From Octopus bimaculoides (Eukaryota), in the NCBI RefSeq assembly GCF_001194135.2, contig NC_068998.1, forward strand, positions 4,688,420 to 4,752,307: DNA of 63,888 nucleotides, written 5' to 3'. The translations under genes and the position numbers were made by a program. Shown here piece by piece: positions 1-14,021 of the stretch. The notes under the pieces were generated by a model, which had not been told where the DNA came from, searched no databases, and saw nothing but the letters and a program-made list of their open reading frames with translations. How positions within the stretch are numbered: position 1 is the first letter of the stretch; the number at the start of each line of letters is the position of its first letter.

Positions 1-41
<41 letters not shown>

Positions 42-969
42 ATATATACATACGCATAAATATATGCAATGTAACCGTTATATATGTGCGTGTGTATGTG
101 TATGGTCAATGTAAACACGTTTTATCTGAAGATGTGTTGAAAACCAAATTAAACATTGACAAATAATGAAGAGAATACGTAGATTAGAGTTAAATATTTA
201 CTTCTTTATTACGTCGTGAGAAGGGTGCAAGTACACTGCGCCCAGTGTCCCCTTTTTTCAGAAATGCTGAACGGTGAAAGTGAAGCCTAGCAATCTAATT
301 CATAGAAGAGAACGGATACGCTACTGGAACCGATCATGGAGGGCTTATATGTGGTATAAAGATGGAAAGGAAATGAAAGAGTTTGGAATGAGGTTATGTC
401 TGAAAATCAGTCGTAATGGTCATGACTGGAAGGCTTTCGTTGATAGATCGCTTCTAAATGAGTTGGCTGGGGATTAAACAAAAAAACTATAAGAGCAAAT
501 GTGACTGTATGTAAGAAATTTGTTTCGAAACTTCGTGGTTTTGAGTTCCATCCCATTGCAATGCACATCGTTTGAGCAAGTGTGTCTTTAACATAGTCTC
601 TTGTTGTCCGAAGTCTTCTAGGTGAAATTTGGAGAACGCAGTCTTTATGAAAGTTTGTTGAAGAAGCTATTTCCGCTTTGTTGTGGAATACCGCATTCGT
701 CAGTGGTATTCATACAACCATTTGTTCTTTAGGTGCGTTTAGCATAACCCACTCTCTACTAAGCATCTGAACTCGTATTCTGATCTGAAGATAACTCGCA
801 TCTGCCTTGAAGGTTCTCAGAACGTTCAAGAGCTCACCTTTGTTCCTTTATCGAATGCATTAATCCCGCCGCGAATAAATAAATGAATAGTCTTAGTAAA
901 GACTTGAATAATTTCATGCATGTTTTTATCATCTAAAAGGTTAGGCATATGGCATTGTTGTTGTGATCA

Positions 970-977
970 ATGTTAAG
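970..977 (+). CDS. Candidate first coding exon (ATG TTA AG) of the FGF8/17/18-like gene
   Basis: ATG at 970 is followed by AG|gttaat. A phase-2 donor is required, and splicing to 1234 gives M-L-R-LLWLLL..., a complete signal peptide. The donor is weak, and the true exon may lie upstream of the window. Confidence 0.25.
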
Positions 978-1233
978 GTTAATGAATTGTATTTTCAAGA
1001 TCAGAAAATCTGATCAATGCAGACATATCGTGAAGGATCACCCAATTTATGTATAAATGTTATTTTCCAAACCAAACAGAAAAAAGCAAACAAGCACATT
1101 TCTCACCAACTTCGTTAATAATTCACTTCAATATGCTTTATTTTGTTACCATCAAGTTTTCTTTATGCATTTCCTCCTTCTGTTTTTTTTTTCTGTTTCC
1201 TTATTTATTCTTTATTCTTGCTTTATTTCGCAG

Positions 1234-1294
1234 GTTGTTGTGGTTGTTACTGCCTTTCGTATTCGTGCTGGTTCAGTCAGATATCAATGTTCTT
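1234..1294 (+). CDS. FGF8/17/18: FGF8/17/18-like signal-peptide exon, (R)LLWLLLPFVFVLVQSDINVL
   Basis: Long pyrimidine tract ending ctttatttcgcag| and donor CTT|gtaagt. The exon is 61 nt (phase 2 in, phase 0 out), encodes a hydrophobic core with V-x-S cleavage motif, and joins in frame to 22121. Position and phases match vertebrate FGF8 exon 1B. Confidence 0.7.
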
Positions 1295-1420
1295 GTAAGT
1301 ATGACACCTAGAAATTAAATACTAAATGTGTGAATGCGCATGTTTGCGTGGGTTTTCGNNNNNNNNNNNNNNNNNNNNNNNNNNNNNNNNNNNNNNNNNN
1401 NNNNNNNNNNNNNNNNNNNN

Positions 1421-1457
<37 letters not shown>

Positions 1458-1694
1458 CATATATATATATATGCATAAGCGTGTATATTTATACAAGCAT
1501 ATATGCATATGCATATGTATCTATATGATCAGAATATCTACAAATGTGTGTGCATGCTGTTACCATGCATATCTACATACACACAAGGACATGCATACAT
1601 TCATATGTATGACTATACATATGCATATTTACACATACACGTATGTAATATACACGTATGCATACATATATACATATATATATGTATACATACA

Positions 1695-1732
<38 letters not shown>

Positions 1733-3724
1733 TCAGACACATACACATGCTTGTACGTATATACACATATGTATGTATACATAGTAATTATGTAATTAAC
1801 CAGCTAGGGGCATCAGCATCATATCTCGTCATGTATTACTGGGAAGTCATGGAACCATCTTATTTATCTTCATTTCAAATGAAACTGTATACTAACACAT
1901 TAGCACTACAATCGGGCATCAAGTCCATTCCTCATATCTCTCTATCCATTAAACTGCATGCCTTACATAGTATATATACATATATATATACAATTGTCTC
2001 TCACTTCATTTGCCATGATCTAATAAATATCATCTGGTTATATTTCTTTATCTTTTTTCCGATTGACATTTTTTACTCATCGCATGGTATGTGACTACAT
2101 TTCTTTAAAACTGAATTATATTTGCCAGTATATAAACAGTAAAAACAATATTCTCAAACTGTGATATTGTTTCACCAATTATTCTGTATCTGTTCGTCTA
2201 CCTGTTTTTTCTCTCCTTCTGTCGGTCTTTCTTCCGTATATATATATATATATATACACACATATATATGGCTTTGTTTGTATGTAGGTGTGTGTATGTG
2301 TGTGCGTGTGTGTGTGTGTGTGTATATATATACATATGTAAATGCATTTATGAATAGGCATGTATGTAAGTACATCTATTTAATCACTCTAGATATAAAT
2401 GCAGATATACATGCATAACATAGCTACGAATACACATTTATATATGCGGGTGTATACATATAAATATATTAGTACAGATATGCACACATACACATGTGTG
2501 TTTGTATATATACATATACATACATACATACATACATACATATATGCATGTGTGTATATATATGCATAATTTCTGTAACATACACTAACAAAGACACACA
2601 TATACAAATGTATACAAATGTGTGTGTATATATATATATATNNNNNNNNNNNNNNNNNNNNNNNNNNNNNNNNNNNNNNNNNNNNNNNNNNNNNNNNNNN
2701 NNNNNNNNNNNNNNNNNNNNNNNNNNNNNNNNNNNNNNNNNNNNNNNNNNNNNNNNNNNNNNNNNNNNNNNNNNNNNNNNNNNNNNNNNNNNNNNNNNNN
2801 NNNNNNNNNNNNNNNNNNNNNNNNNNNNNNNNNNNNNNNNNNNNNNNNNNNNNNNNNNNNNNNNNNNNNNNNNNNNNNNNNNNNNNNNNNNNNNNNNNNN
2901 NNNNNNNNNNNNNNNNNNNNNNNNNNNNNNNNNNNNNNNNNNNNNNNNNNNNNNNNNNNNNNNNNNNNNNNNNNNNNNNNNNNNNNNNNNNNNNNNNNNN
3001 NNNNNNNNNNNNNNNNNNNNNNNNNNNNNNNNNNNNNNNNNNNNNNNNNNNNNNNNNNNNNNNNNNNNNNNNNNNNNNNNNNNNNNNNNNNNNNNNNNNN
3101 NNNNNNNNNNNNNNNNNNNNNNNNNNNNNNNNNNNNNNNNNNNNNNNNNNNNNNNNNNNNNNNNNNNNNNNNNNNNNNNNNNNNNNNNNNNNNNNNNNNN
3201 NNNNNNNNNNNNNNNNNNNNNNNNNNNNNNNNNNNNNNNNNNNNNNNNNNNNNNNNNNNNNNNNNNNNNNNNNNNNNNNNNNNNNNNNNNNNNNNNNNNN
3301 NNNNNNNNNNNNNNNNNNNNNNNNNNNNNNNNNNNNNNNNNNNNNNNNNNNNNNNNNNATATATATATATATATATATATATACTATATAGGTATGAATA
3401 TAGATGGATAGATAGACAGATACGTATGTGTGTGTGTTTGTGTGTGTATGTGTTTGTGCGAATTCTCCCGTCCGTATCGAGGCATTATAATCCGAGAGCC
3501 AGCTGTTATAACTATCTACACATATGTTTTGATTTGTTTAGTAAAGCCTTCTGTGCAACAGGCAGACCTTTCGGAAAAGCTCACAACAGCTGCTGCGAAC
3601 GTTTTCCACAATCTCAATGTACCACAAACCTCGGGATTCTTTCAATCTCTTGAGTTAGGCGTCTTTGCCACCGCTTAGATTCGAAGCCACCCTGATAAGC
3701 TAAATGAACACCTGGTTATACAAT

Positions 3725-3870
3725 GTGGCTGTGTGCTTAGAAGTTTGCCTCCTGTCTACATGACTCCGGGTTCAGTCCCACTGCGTGGCAACTTTTGGAA
3801 TATGTCTTTTGCTACAGCCTCGAGGTGACCAAAGACTTGTGAGTAGATTTGGTGGACGGAAACCGGAAGA
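3725..3870 (+). mobile_element. tRNA-derived SINE family B, 5' part
   Basis: A-box-like gtggctgtgtg and B-box-like ccgggttcagtcccactgcgtggc; same sequence as the copy at 35430. Confidence 0.75.
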
Positions 3871-4045
3871 TGCTTATCACACACACACATGTACATGTGT
3901 GTGCATGTATGTGTGTGCGTATAACTGTGTGTGTTAGTATAAACAACATGCTTTAATAAGAGAGGTACTGGGATCGAACCATACGACCATAACTCCTCAA
4001 GGCTGTTCCCCAGTCTAATGACTTTAATAAGTAAAAGATACATAC

Positions 4046-4089
<44 letters not shown>

Positions 4090-4886
4090 NNNNNNNNNNN
4101 NNNNNNNNNNNNNNNNNNNNNNNNNNNNNNNNNNNNNNNNNNNNNNNNNNNNNNNNNNNNNNNNNNNNNNNNNNNNNNNNNNNNNNNNNNNNNNNNNNNN
4201 NNNNNNNNNNNNNNNNNNNNNNNNNNNNNNNNNNNNNNNNNNNNNNNNNNNNNNNNNNNNNNNNNNNNNNNNNNNNNNNNNNNNNNNNNNNNNNNNNNNN
4301 NNNNNNNNNNNNNNNNNNNNNNNNNNNNNNNNNNNNNNNNNNNNNNNNNNNNNNNNNNNNNNNNNNNNNNNNNNNNNNNNNNNNNNNNNNNNNNNNNNNN
4401 NNNNNNNNNNNNNNNNNNNNNNNNNNNNNNNNNNNNNNNNNNNNNNNNNNNNNNNNNNNNNNNNNNNNNNNNNNNNNNNNNNNNNNNNNNNNNNNNNNNN
4501 NNNNNNNNNNNNNNNNNNNNNNNNNNNNNNNNNNNNNNNNNNNNNNNNNNNNNNNNNNNNNNNNNNNNNNNNNNNNNNNNNNNNNNNNNNNNNNNNNNNN
4601 NNNNNNNNNNNNNNNNNNNNNNNNNNNNNNNNNNNNNNNNNNNNNNNNNNNNNNNNNNNNNNNNNNNNNNNNNNNNNNNNNNNNNNNNNNNNNNNNNNNN
4701 NNNNNNNNNNNNNNNNNNNNNNNNNNNNNNNNNNNNNNATATATATATATATATATATATACACATTCATTCATTCATTCATTCAGTTTTTTTGCACAGC
4801 CTCGAAGGTCTATACATATTTTTTTCTATCTCTGCTTGTCATTTCATTATTTATTTGCCTGTATGTCTCAGTATATCCCTTTCCAA

Positions 4887-4935
<49 letters not shown>

Positions 4936-5889
4936 TGTATATATGTATATATGTATGTATACGTATATATATGAATCGATCGTAATCACCATTTCCTCCA
5001 TACAGCATATCTAGAGCAAGCTTCTCCACGCTTTCTGCGTACATCTGGCAACGTTCAGTGTTCGTGCACTTTCTTTCTCTTTCAGGCGTTTCTTTTTTTT
5101 TTCCTCTGACCTAATATATTTACATATTATATAATATATTCATATCTTCAATGAAATTCAAATCTATGAACGCTACTTTCTTATTCATTGCTTCTTTTTC
5201 CCATTGTGTCTACTTTCTTAACACACTCATTATATATATTCATGATCTATATTCGTGCATCATATTTGAGATAATTTCCATATTATAGACATTTTCGACA
5301 AAAACATCAGTGAAACAGAAAGTGTATCTGTATTACAAGTACATACATATGTATGTTTGCATGTGTGTATATACTTATATCCATTTATTACTATATATAC
5401 GACAATCATATGTATATATATGTATGTATCTATATGTACGTGTATATGTGTATTACATTTATGTAAATATGTGTGCGTACCGTCTGTATAATATGTATAC
5501 ATAATGTATGCATGTATGCGTAAATAAATACTCGTATGCCAACACACATACGTATATAAAGACATGTATATGTGTATGTGTATATATATAAATATNNNNN
5601 NNNNNNNNNNNNNNNNNNNNNNNNNNNNNNNNNNNNNNNNNNNNNNNNNNNNNNNNNNNNNNNNNNNNNNNNNNNNNNNNNNNNNNNNNNNNNNNNNNNN
5701 NNNNNNNNNNNNNNNNNNNNNNNNNNNNNNNNNNNNNNNNNNNNNNNNNNNNNNNNNNNNNNNNNNNNNNNNNNNNNNNNNNNNNNNNNNNNATATATAT
5801 AGATATATACATGTATAATTTCTTTTTCTTGTATTAGCTTCAGCTCGAGAGTTGTGGCCATGCTGAGGCACCGCCGTTAGCTTTGCTAC

Positions 5890-6560
5890 ACTATCGCTGC
5901 TTTAAACCTACTTTGATATATGGCATTTGGTGAATGAGGGAGATTGATGTTGCTGCCGTCATCTGTGAGGTGGGTTCATCCGGAACTCTTGACAAGCGGA
6001 GATCCAGTTCTGTTTTAAAATCACTTATATCCACCCCATGTAGGTCTGAGGATTTGGGGGAGGATACTGAAAAGCTGTAGGCACTTAAAAACTTAAAGCT
6101 GTTACAGTATCTGTTTCTGTATCCTGATGAAAATATTGGGATCTTTGGCACGCTGTCCTGTTTGCGTAACTTTCAACGCCATGGTACGAGTGTTTCCGAA
6201 ATTTTCCACATGTATATAAGTGGACATCGTTCGGCTTTTGTTCTAAGAAGTAGCTGACATGTTGCATTGAGACGATCCCATGTGTGCAGCGTCGCTGGAT
6301 TGCTTTGAGTTCCAACATTATTTTTGTATTAAGTGATGACTATAATTGAGAGCAGTGATCTAAAGGGCTGAGGGTAAATATCCTCCAGAGGACCATAGTG
6401 GATTCCTGTTCTTTCGTTATGAAAGTTCTAAGAATCTGTTTGGCCAGCCGCCTGCATTTTATCGTCAGTTTAATAATATGAAGCTGGATAGACCAGGTGG
6501 TGTGCTGATTTTGATTTGGGGATTGCAATCCTTCCTAGGGCAGTGTACCCTGCCTGATTT
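5890..6560 (-). mobile_element. Degenerate 3' end of a CR1/L2/Jockey-group LINE ORF2
   Basis: Minus-strand peptides in several frames: KLTIKCRRLAKQILRTF...LWRIFTLSPLDHCSQL, ELKAIQRR, and RYCNSF...DLHGVDISDFKTELDLRLSRVPDEPT. These resemble the C-terminal region of such LINE ORF2 proteins; multiple frameshifts are present. Confidence 0.7.
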
Positions 6561-6892
6561 TCATGCAGCTTCATGTCGTGGTACCGCAGGGCTAAGAATC
6601 TTCCAGTATTTTCTATTGACGCACACACACAGCACAAATAGAATTTTAAATTTAGAAAGGAAGTCACCGGTATTCATAGATTACATCATGGTATATAATC
6701 GACCATCTTCAGGTAAAATTTTAAACAGGTGGAAGCAGGTGAAATGATAGCTTGATGATGACGAATCCAAGCAGAACATCATGGTTCTTTTACCTAACTG
6801 TGAACCCTACATTATTGGACCTAGCCATGTCTGGTGTCCTACGGGCTAATGTGCCTAGATTCTACTGAATCCTATAAATAATCTCTCTCTCT

Positions 6893-6938
<46 letters not shown>

Positions 6939-7236
6939 AATGTATATATATATATATANNNNNNNNNNNNNNNNNNNNNNNNNNNNNNNNNNNNNNNNNN
7001 NNNNNNNNNNNNNNNNNNNNNNNNNNNNNNNNNNNNNNNNNNNNNNNNNNNNNNNNNNNNNNNNNNNNNNNNNNNNNNNNNNNNNNNNNNNNNNNNNNNN
7101 NNNNNNNNNNNNNNNNNNNNNNNNNNNNNNNNNNNNNNNNNNNNNNNNNNNNNNNNNNNNNNNNNNNNNNNNNNNNNNNNNNNNNNNNNNNNNNNNNNNN
7201 NNNNNNNNNNNNNNNNNNNNNNNNNNNNNNNNNNNN

Positions 7237-7268
<32 letters not shown>

Positions 7269-7679
7269 GTATATATATTTATATATATATGTATATATAT
7301 GTGTATATGTATATATATATATATATATATACATATATATATGTATATATATATATATGTATATTTATGTATGTATGTATATGTATGTATGTTTTTTCTT
7401 GTTATTGTTTCAGTTTCTTATGATATACTTATTGAGAAAAGTATTGCATCATAAAATTGATCTGTATTTTTATATATGCTTAAATATATTTTCATGTAAA
7501 TTTACGTTAAATAATCTACGTACAGAATATTTTATATATTTTAAAGGATATTTTTACCCTTTTCCTTACAACGCAACATTTCTTCTTAAAAAGAAAAAGA
7601 AAATGTTGCAAAAATCTAATAGCAATAATAATATTCGGTTACAATTCATTTTTTATATTACATCGGTAATGATAATATT

Positions 7680-7731
7680 AACAATAATAATAATATTTGT
7701 GATGATGATTATGATGATGATGATGATGATG

Positions 7732-7779
<48 letters not shown>

Positions 7780-7784
7780 TCGCA

Positions 7785-7832
<48 letters not shown>

Positions 7833-8279
7833 ATAATTCTAATAACCATAACGTCTATAATTATTTCTGACAAGATTATTGCTAATAATATCTGCAATAT
7901 ATTAACAATAAGAATATTTACAATGACGATATTTGTGATAATAATAATGATGATGATAATAATAATAATGATAAAAATAATAATGATGATGATAAGAATG
8001 ATGATGATGAGGAGGAGGAGGAGGAGGAGGAGGACGACGACGAAAATAGTAATGATGATAATAATAATAACAACAACAACAATAATAATTACAAAATATA
8101 GTTATGATAAGAACAAAAATAATAATTATAAAAATCATAATAATAGCTAAAGTAATAATGGTAATAATACTAACAATAACAACACTAACAACAATAAAAA
8201 CAACGATTATTTTTTTATTCATATATATTTGTTATGCGTATATATTAACACATCAACAATACAAAAAACTAATAGTGAA

Positions 8280-8321
<42 letters not shown>

Positions 8322-8331
8322 NNNNNNNNNN

Positions 8332-8364
<33 letters not shown>

Positions 8365-8390
8365 GATAATAATAATAATAGATGAAAAGG
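7680..8390. repeat. Compound trinucleotide microsatellite (AAT/GAT/GAG/AAC)
   Basis: Directly visible. Confidence 0.95.
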
Positions 8391-8529
8391 ATTGCGAGGA
8401 TAAGATTGCTATTATGAAGATGATGGCGATGATGATAATGCTTTGGATCATAAAAATAATACTAACAAGATTTAATTTCCTTTAAGTATTTGTTATTTCA
8501 TTATTTCATGTCATTCTCTGAGTTTCTTT

Positions 8530-8577
8530 CCCTCTCACTCCGTCTCCCTCTCACTCCGTAGCCCTCTCACTCCGTCT
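8530..8577 (+). repeat. 16-bp tandem repeat CCCTCTCACTCCGTCT x3
   Basis: Units at 8530, 8546 and 8562. Confidence 0.9.
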
Positions 8578-9179
8578 CCCTCCCCCCTCTCTATAATCCA
8601 GGTATGAATGTGTTTGTAAGCACTCACACGCACACATACAGATCTATACATACGCACACGTAAATGTTATCAAACCATTATGAGTTATAGCGAAGTTATG
8701 TTTGTTTTAGTTTATATCGCTTTCAGACATGAAGCTTATTTCATTTAAAACAAATGGGTTGTTATCGCAAGGGTTAATATGCTTATCGGATGTAATGTAG
8801 CCGGCTGATGATCAGTTTTACTTCGCCATTCAATGTGCAATGTGCCACCCTTGTCACATTAATATACCCTGAGAATTTACGTCAATTGTACACGTTTCTT
8901 ATTTGTCCGCTAATTTTAAAAGTAGACAGTGTTGCTCAAACGGGATATAAATTTAACCAGTCTTGGGCCAACAAGGATTATTTTCTCTGCCCTTTCTTGC
9001 AAACTCAGGAAGGAAAGCATTGACCAATTATCGTTGAGATCGACGGAAATTCATTTTATTTATGTGCGTTTGTGTGTGAGAATATTAGTTACAGAAGCCA
9101 AATATTTTTCAGACGTTTGTGTACTTTATCTTTATGTATATACTCGGGGTTATTTATAGATATCTGAACACGAATTTCA

Positions 9180-9261
<82 letters not shown>

Positions 9262-9915
9262 GTCTATCTATCTGTCTATCTATCTATNNNNNNNNNNNNN
9301 NNNNNNNNNNNNNNNNNNNNNNNNNNNNNNNNNNNNNNNNNNNNNNNNNNNNNNNNNNNNNNNNNNNNNNNNNNNNNNNNNNNNNNNNNNNNNNNNNNNN
9401 NNNNNNNNNNNNNNNNNNNTATATATATATGTTAGTGTACGCACACTCACACACACACACACACACACAAATGTACACATATATATATAATTACATTCAT
9501 AAATATTTATGTGAAAGCATACATAAAACGAAGAAGATTTAATACGCTGAAAACATGTCTCTTTTCATGACTGCGGTCTTAAGAGCAAGATAAGAACAAT
9601 TTTCAAATTCAATGCACTCGATTTTACGCATTCATTTCGAAGGGATTCAGTGATAAAAAAACCACACACTTGGGTGGGCTGCGTCTGGATTATTAACGGT
9701 ACAGCGATCGTGTTGAACTATTGGCATACTTGTTGATGGAATCCAGCTTGATCAGTGTGTTTCAATCAACACGCTTTCTTGTTGTCTGTCACATAGTCAA
9801 ACTTTAAGATACATCGTGTGTAGAAGGTGTGGCGTTTTCAAGCTTATCCTGAATTTCCAACGCGGCGTTAATAGGGCGAGAAATAACATACTTAGAGGTA
9901 GACACTTACTTAATC

Positions 9916-9949
<34 letters not shown>

Positions 9950-10345
9950 TGATGGTCTGACCGTCTGCCAAGCAAATGCGAAGTAATGATTGAAGTAGAT
10001 GGTGAATATGCTCCGGAATAATCATTTAAAGATGTTTCTGTTACATGTTGTTATTGTTTTTGTTGAATAAAATTTGTTGAAAAAAAAAAAAGCTGCACCA
10101 ACCCAATATACATATATTTCGTTATCAAATGAATTAGTCCCTTTTTTCTTTCAACTTGGTTACTCTATGATAATATATCGGAAAATTGGCTAAATTTATT
10201 CAAATTTTAAGAAGATAAACAAAAGTTGAAGGATAAGAATATCGCTATAAGTAAAGACTACGACAAAACTAGTTTTCGTGTTAATTCAAATATTAGAAGG
10301 TTTAAAATAAATGTAAAGAAATGGACGAATTATGCTGACAACCGA

Positions 10346-10407
<62 letters not shown>

Positions 10408-11192
10408 ATATGTGGGTGTATGTATATATGTATGTATGTGTTTATATATCACGTGATTGACTAGACTATCGCATGTTTTTTACACATCAATGTTCACAAT
10501 ATGCTATGCCTCGTTTTAGATTTCGAATGCTGCCAACCCGCTGGCTAGTGGAGCAAGCCAACGTTCCTTCTAATTAGAGGGCTACACCGTGGCAGGGTTA
10601 GCCATTTGTAGCTAAGTGAACTGGAGCAACGTGAAATAAAGTTGCTCGCTCTGTGAATCGATCCCACGATCCCAACGTTTGATCGTGAGTTGAACACCGC
10701 TAAACACTAGGCCACGCACCTTCAAACACACACAGACGGGCACACGCACCCGGATATATATATATATAAAACAATCGGTAAGCGAGTCCGTATGCTTAAA
10801 AATCTTGTGTATAAATGTTTGCACACATTCTTAAGCGACCGTCACACCGTCTTTTATCTATGACCTATGATTTTGCTATAAATGAAATACCGTGGTGCTG
10901 TTGACATTACCCAGAAATATTTCCGTTAACAAGATCTTAGTAGGTCTCTCACATTCAGAGAAGAGACAGAGCTTTGTTACTTGAAAAGGTTTAAGGTGGA
11001 TTCTTAGAAACTTCTTGATCAAGTGTTCGGTCCTAATTCGCGGATAGCTTTTTATTTTATTTCATTGTTTTAATATTGGCGTAGGCACGTGCAGGAGGAG
11101 GCTGATATGGTGTTGGAATGTCAGATGGATTCTGTACCCAACCTTTTAACTCTATGTACACGCACGTGTAGTCAGATGCGTTGATGTGTGTG

Positions 11193-11224
<32 letters not shown>

Positions 11225-11246
11225 ATGTGTGTCAGTAGAGAGAGAA

Positions 11247-11295
<49 letters not shown>

Positions 11296-11609
11296 AAGAG
11301 AGAGAGAGATGAATATATATGTATTATCGGTATATTTGTATATAAAATTTAATTGTATGTGTGTATATGGAATATGCCGTGTCAAGNNNNNNNNNNACTA
11401 CCACTGCTACCATCATCAGTTGCACCACCACCACCACCACCACAAACAGCAACCACAGTGTTTACAGAGGGGAGTCACGCGGCGACTCGGACTGATAGAG
11501 TTTTACCCTTCAAACTGGACCCTAAACTCATTTGCCCCTATGCTTGTCAACTTCGAACACATCTACGGCTAAACAATAACGAAGACGCCACCTCCTCGTC
11601 ATCGCCTTT

Positions 11610-12323
<714 letters not shown>

Positions 12324-12846
12324 TACTAATATGTCGATAATTAATGTTAAGTCTGATTGCTTCTGCTTGCTTCCATTTATTACATAAATTATATATCTAG
12401 AAACTCGCTAAAATTTAATTCTGCTTCTAGCTGTAATAAATGTATATTTTCATCATGATTCAGGGACAGCTCCTTCGGAAATACACGCATACATACATCA
12501 TATATACAACGAACATTCTCAAAACTAGAAATGAAAAGGCTAATTGGAAGACTACAGATACCGATCATAAATAGAACTGTTAAATTATACGAAACCTTTT
12601 CAAAAGTTTAGCATATAAATACATATGTACTTACCTAGACATTCAATTATATGTGAGAGCTTACATTCATAAATCAGAACATAGAGGTCTGTACATGCAC
12701 TGACACCAGAGACCTGCACATACACATACATGCAAATTGCACATAGACATACAGGCAAAACTACCCGGTTGACGTTATGAAATTCGATATAAGGGGTTAG
12801 AATCTAGATTACGAACCGGATCTATCTCCGTTTCGCAGGATACATA

Positions 12847-13013
12847 CGATGGGGTGCTGAGAAACTCGTGGCTTTAAGAGTATCGCGAAAACTGAAGGAT
12901 CACTGCAATAAATGTGTGAATCTGAGAGGGGAAGATGTGGAATAAAATCATAATTAACTGATGCTCCAGTATTTTCTTTTGTCCAAAGCTAAGTGCTTTT
13001 CAGCGACCCCTCA
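12847..13013 (+). mobile_element. Internally deleted mariner element (MITE, about 167 bp)
   Basis: TA on both sides. Imperfect TIRs of about 28 bp (CGATGGGGTGCTGAGAAACTCGTGGCTTT versus reverse complement TGAGGGGTCGCTGAAAAGCACTTAGCTTT). Interior encodes NKCVNLRGEDVE*, like the mariner transposase C-terminus. Confidence 0.8.
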
Positions 13014-13305
13014 TAGACCTTAAACGAACTAATGCCATCTATACATGAATACATAAATACAAAAACACATATAATTATATGTAGGTCTTCAGGTAAGCTG
13101 TCTTAAATCAATATTCTTGACCAACTGGATGACCATCATTATTTCCTGCCACGCTTAAATGCATACTCACAGCCATATATACACACACACACGCACATGT
13201 ATGTATGTATGTATATGTAGTTGTGAAGAAGTAACATTTTTTCTATCTGTTTGCCTATCAGCCTCTCTTTTTCACACTCATACACACAGACAGACACACA
13301 CAATT

Positions 13306-13337
<32 letters not shown>

Positions 13338-13569
13338 ACATACACACACAAACAAACAAACCAACATACAATTTGTATATATATAAAATTTAGATTCATA
13401 CATATATATGTATATGTATGTATGCATGTATATAGATATATATATATCAAGGTGTGTATGTATTTCTGTATAATGTTATACGTAACGTGTGTGTTTATGG
13501 GTTTATTAATATTTTCTGTATAATTAGAGCTACTATATTTCTTAAGTATATGATAATATTAAATTTAAG

Positions 13570-13646
<77 letters not shown>

Positions 13647-13647
13647 A

Positions 13648-13708
<61 letters not shown>

Positions 13709-13969
13709 TAATGGTATTATTAACAAGTATAAGAATAATCGTAAGAGTTATCAAAATTACTAATAATAAAGATAATAATATTGATAATGATAATAAAATG
13801 GCTCTTTCTGAATTTGACACAAGGCCAGCAACCTTATTAATAATAGTGATTATTTTAATATAACGTGCTAATATTAAACTAACGTGCGTTGACGACGAAT
13901 AATAATAATAACGATAATAATGGTGGTGACGGTGATGGTGATGATGATGAAAATGATGATGATAATAAC

Positions 13970-14021
<52 letters not shown>

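Noticed and set aside
274-477. 67-aa ORF after a pyrimidine tract and AG
   Set aside because: All frames from the acceptor stop quickly; possibly an old RTE-type tail, but unsupported.
3542-3653. Exon-like segment (gtttag|TAAAGCC...TTGA|gttagg) encoding KPSVQQADLSEKLTTAAANVF or a Cys-rich peptide
   Set aside because: A phase-0 entry is needed after 1294 and would read TAA immediately. There is no FGF similarity and the donor is weak.
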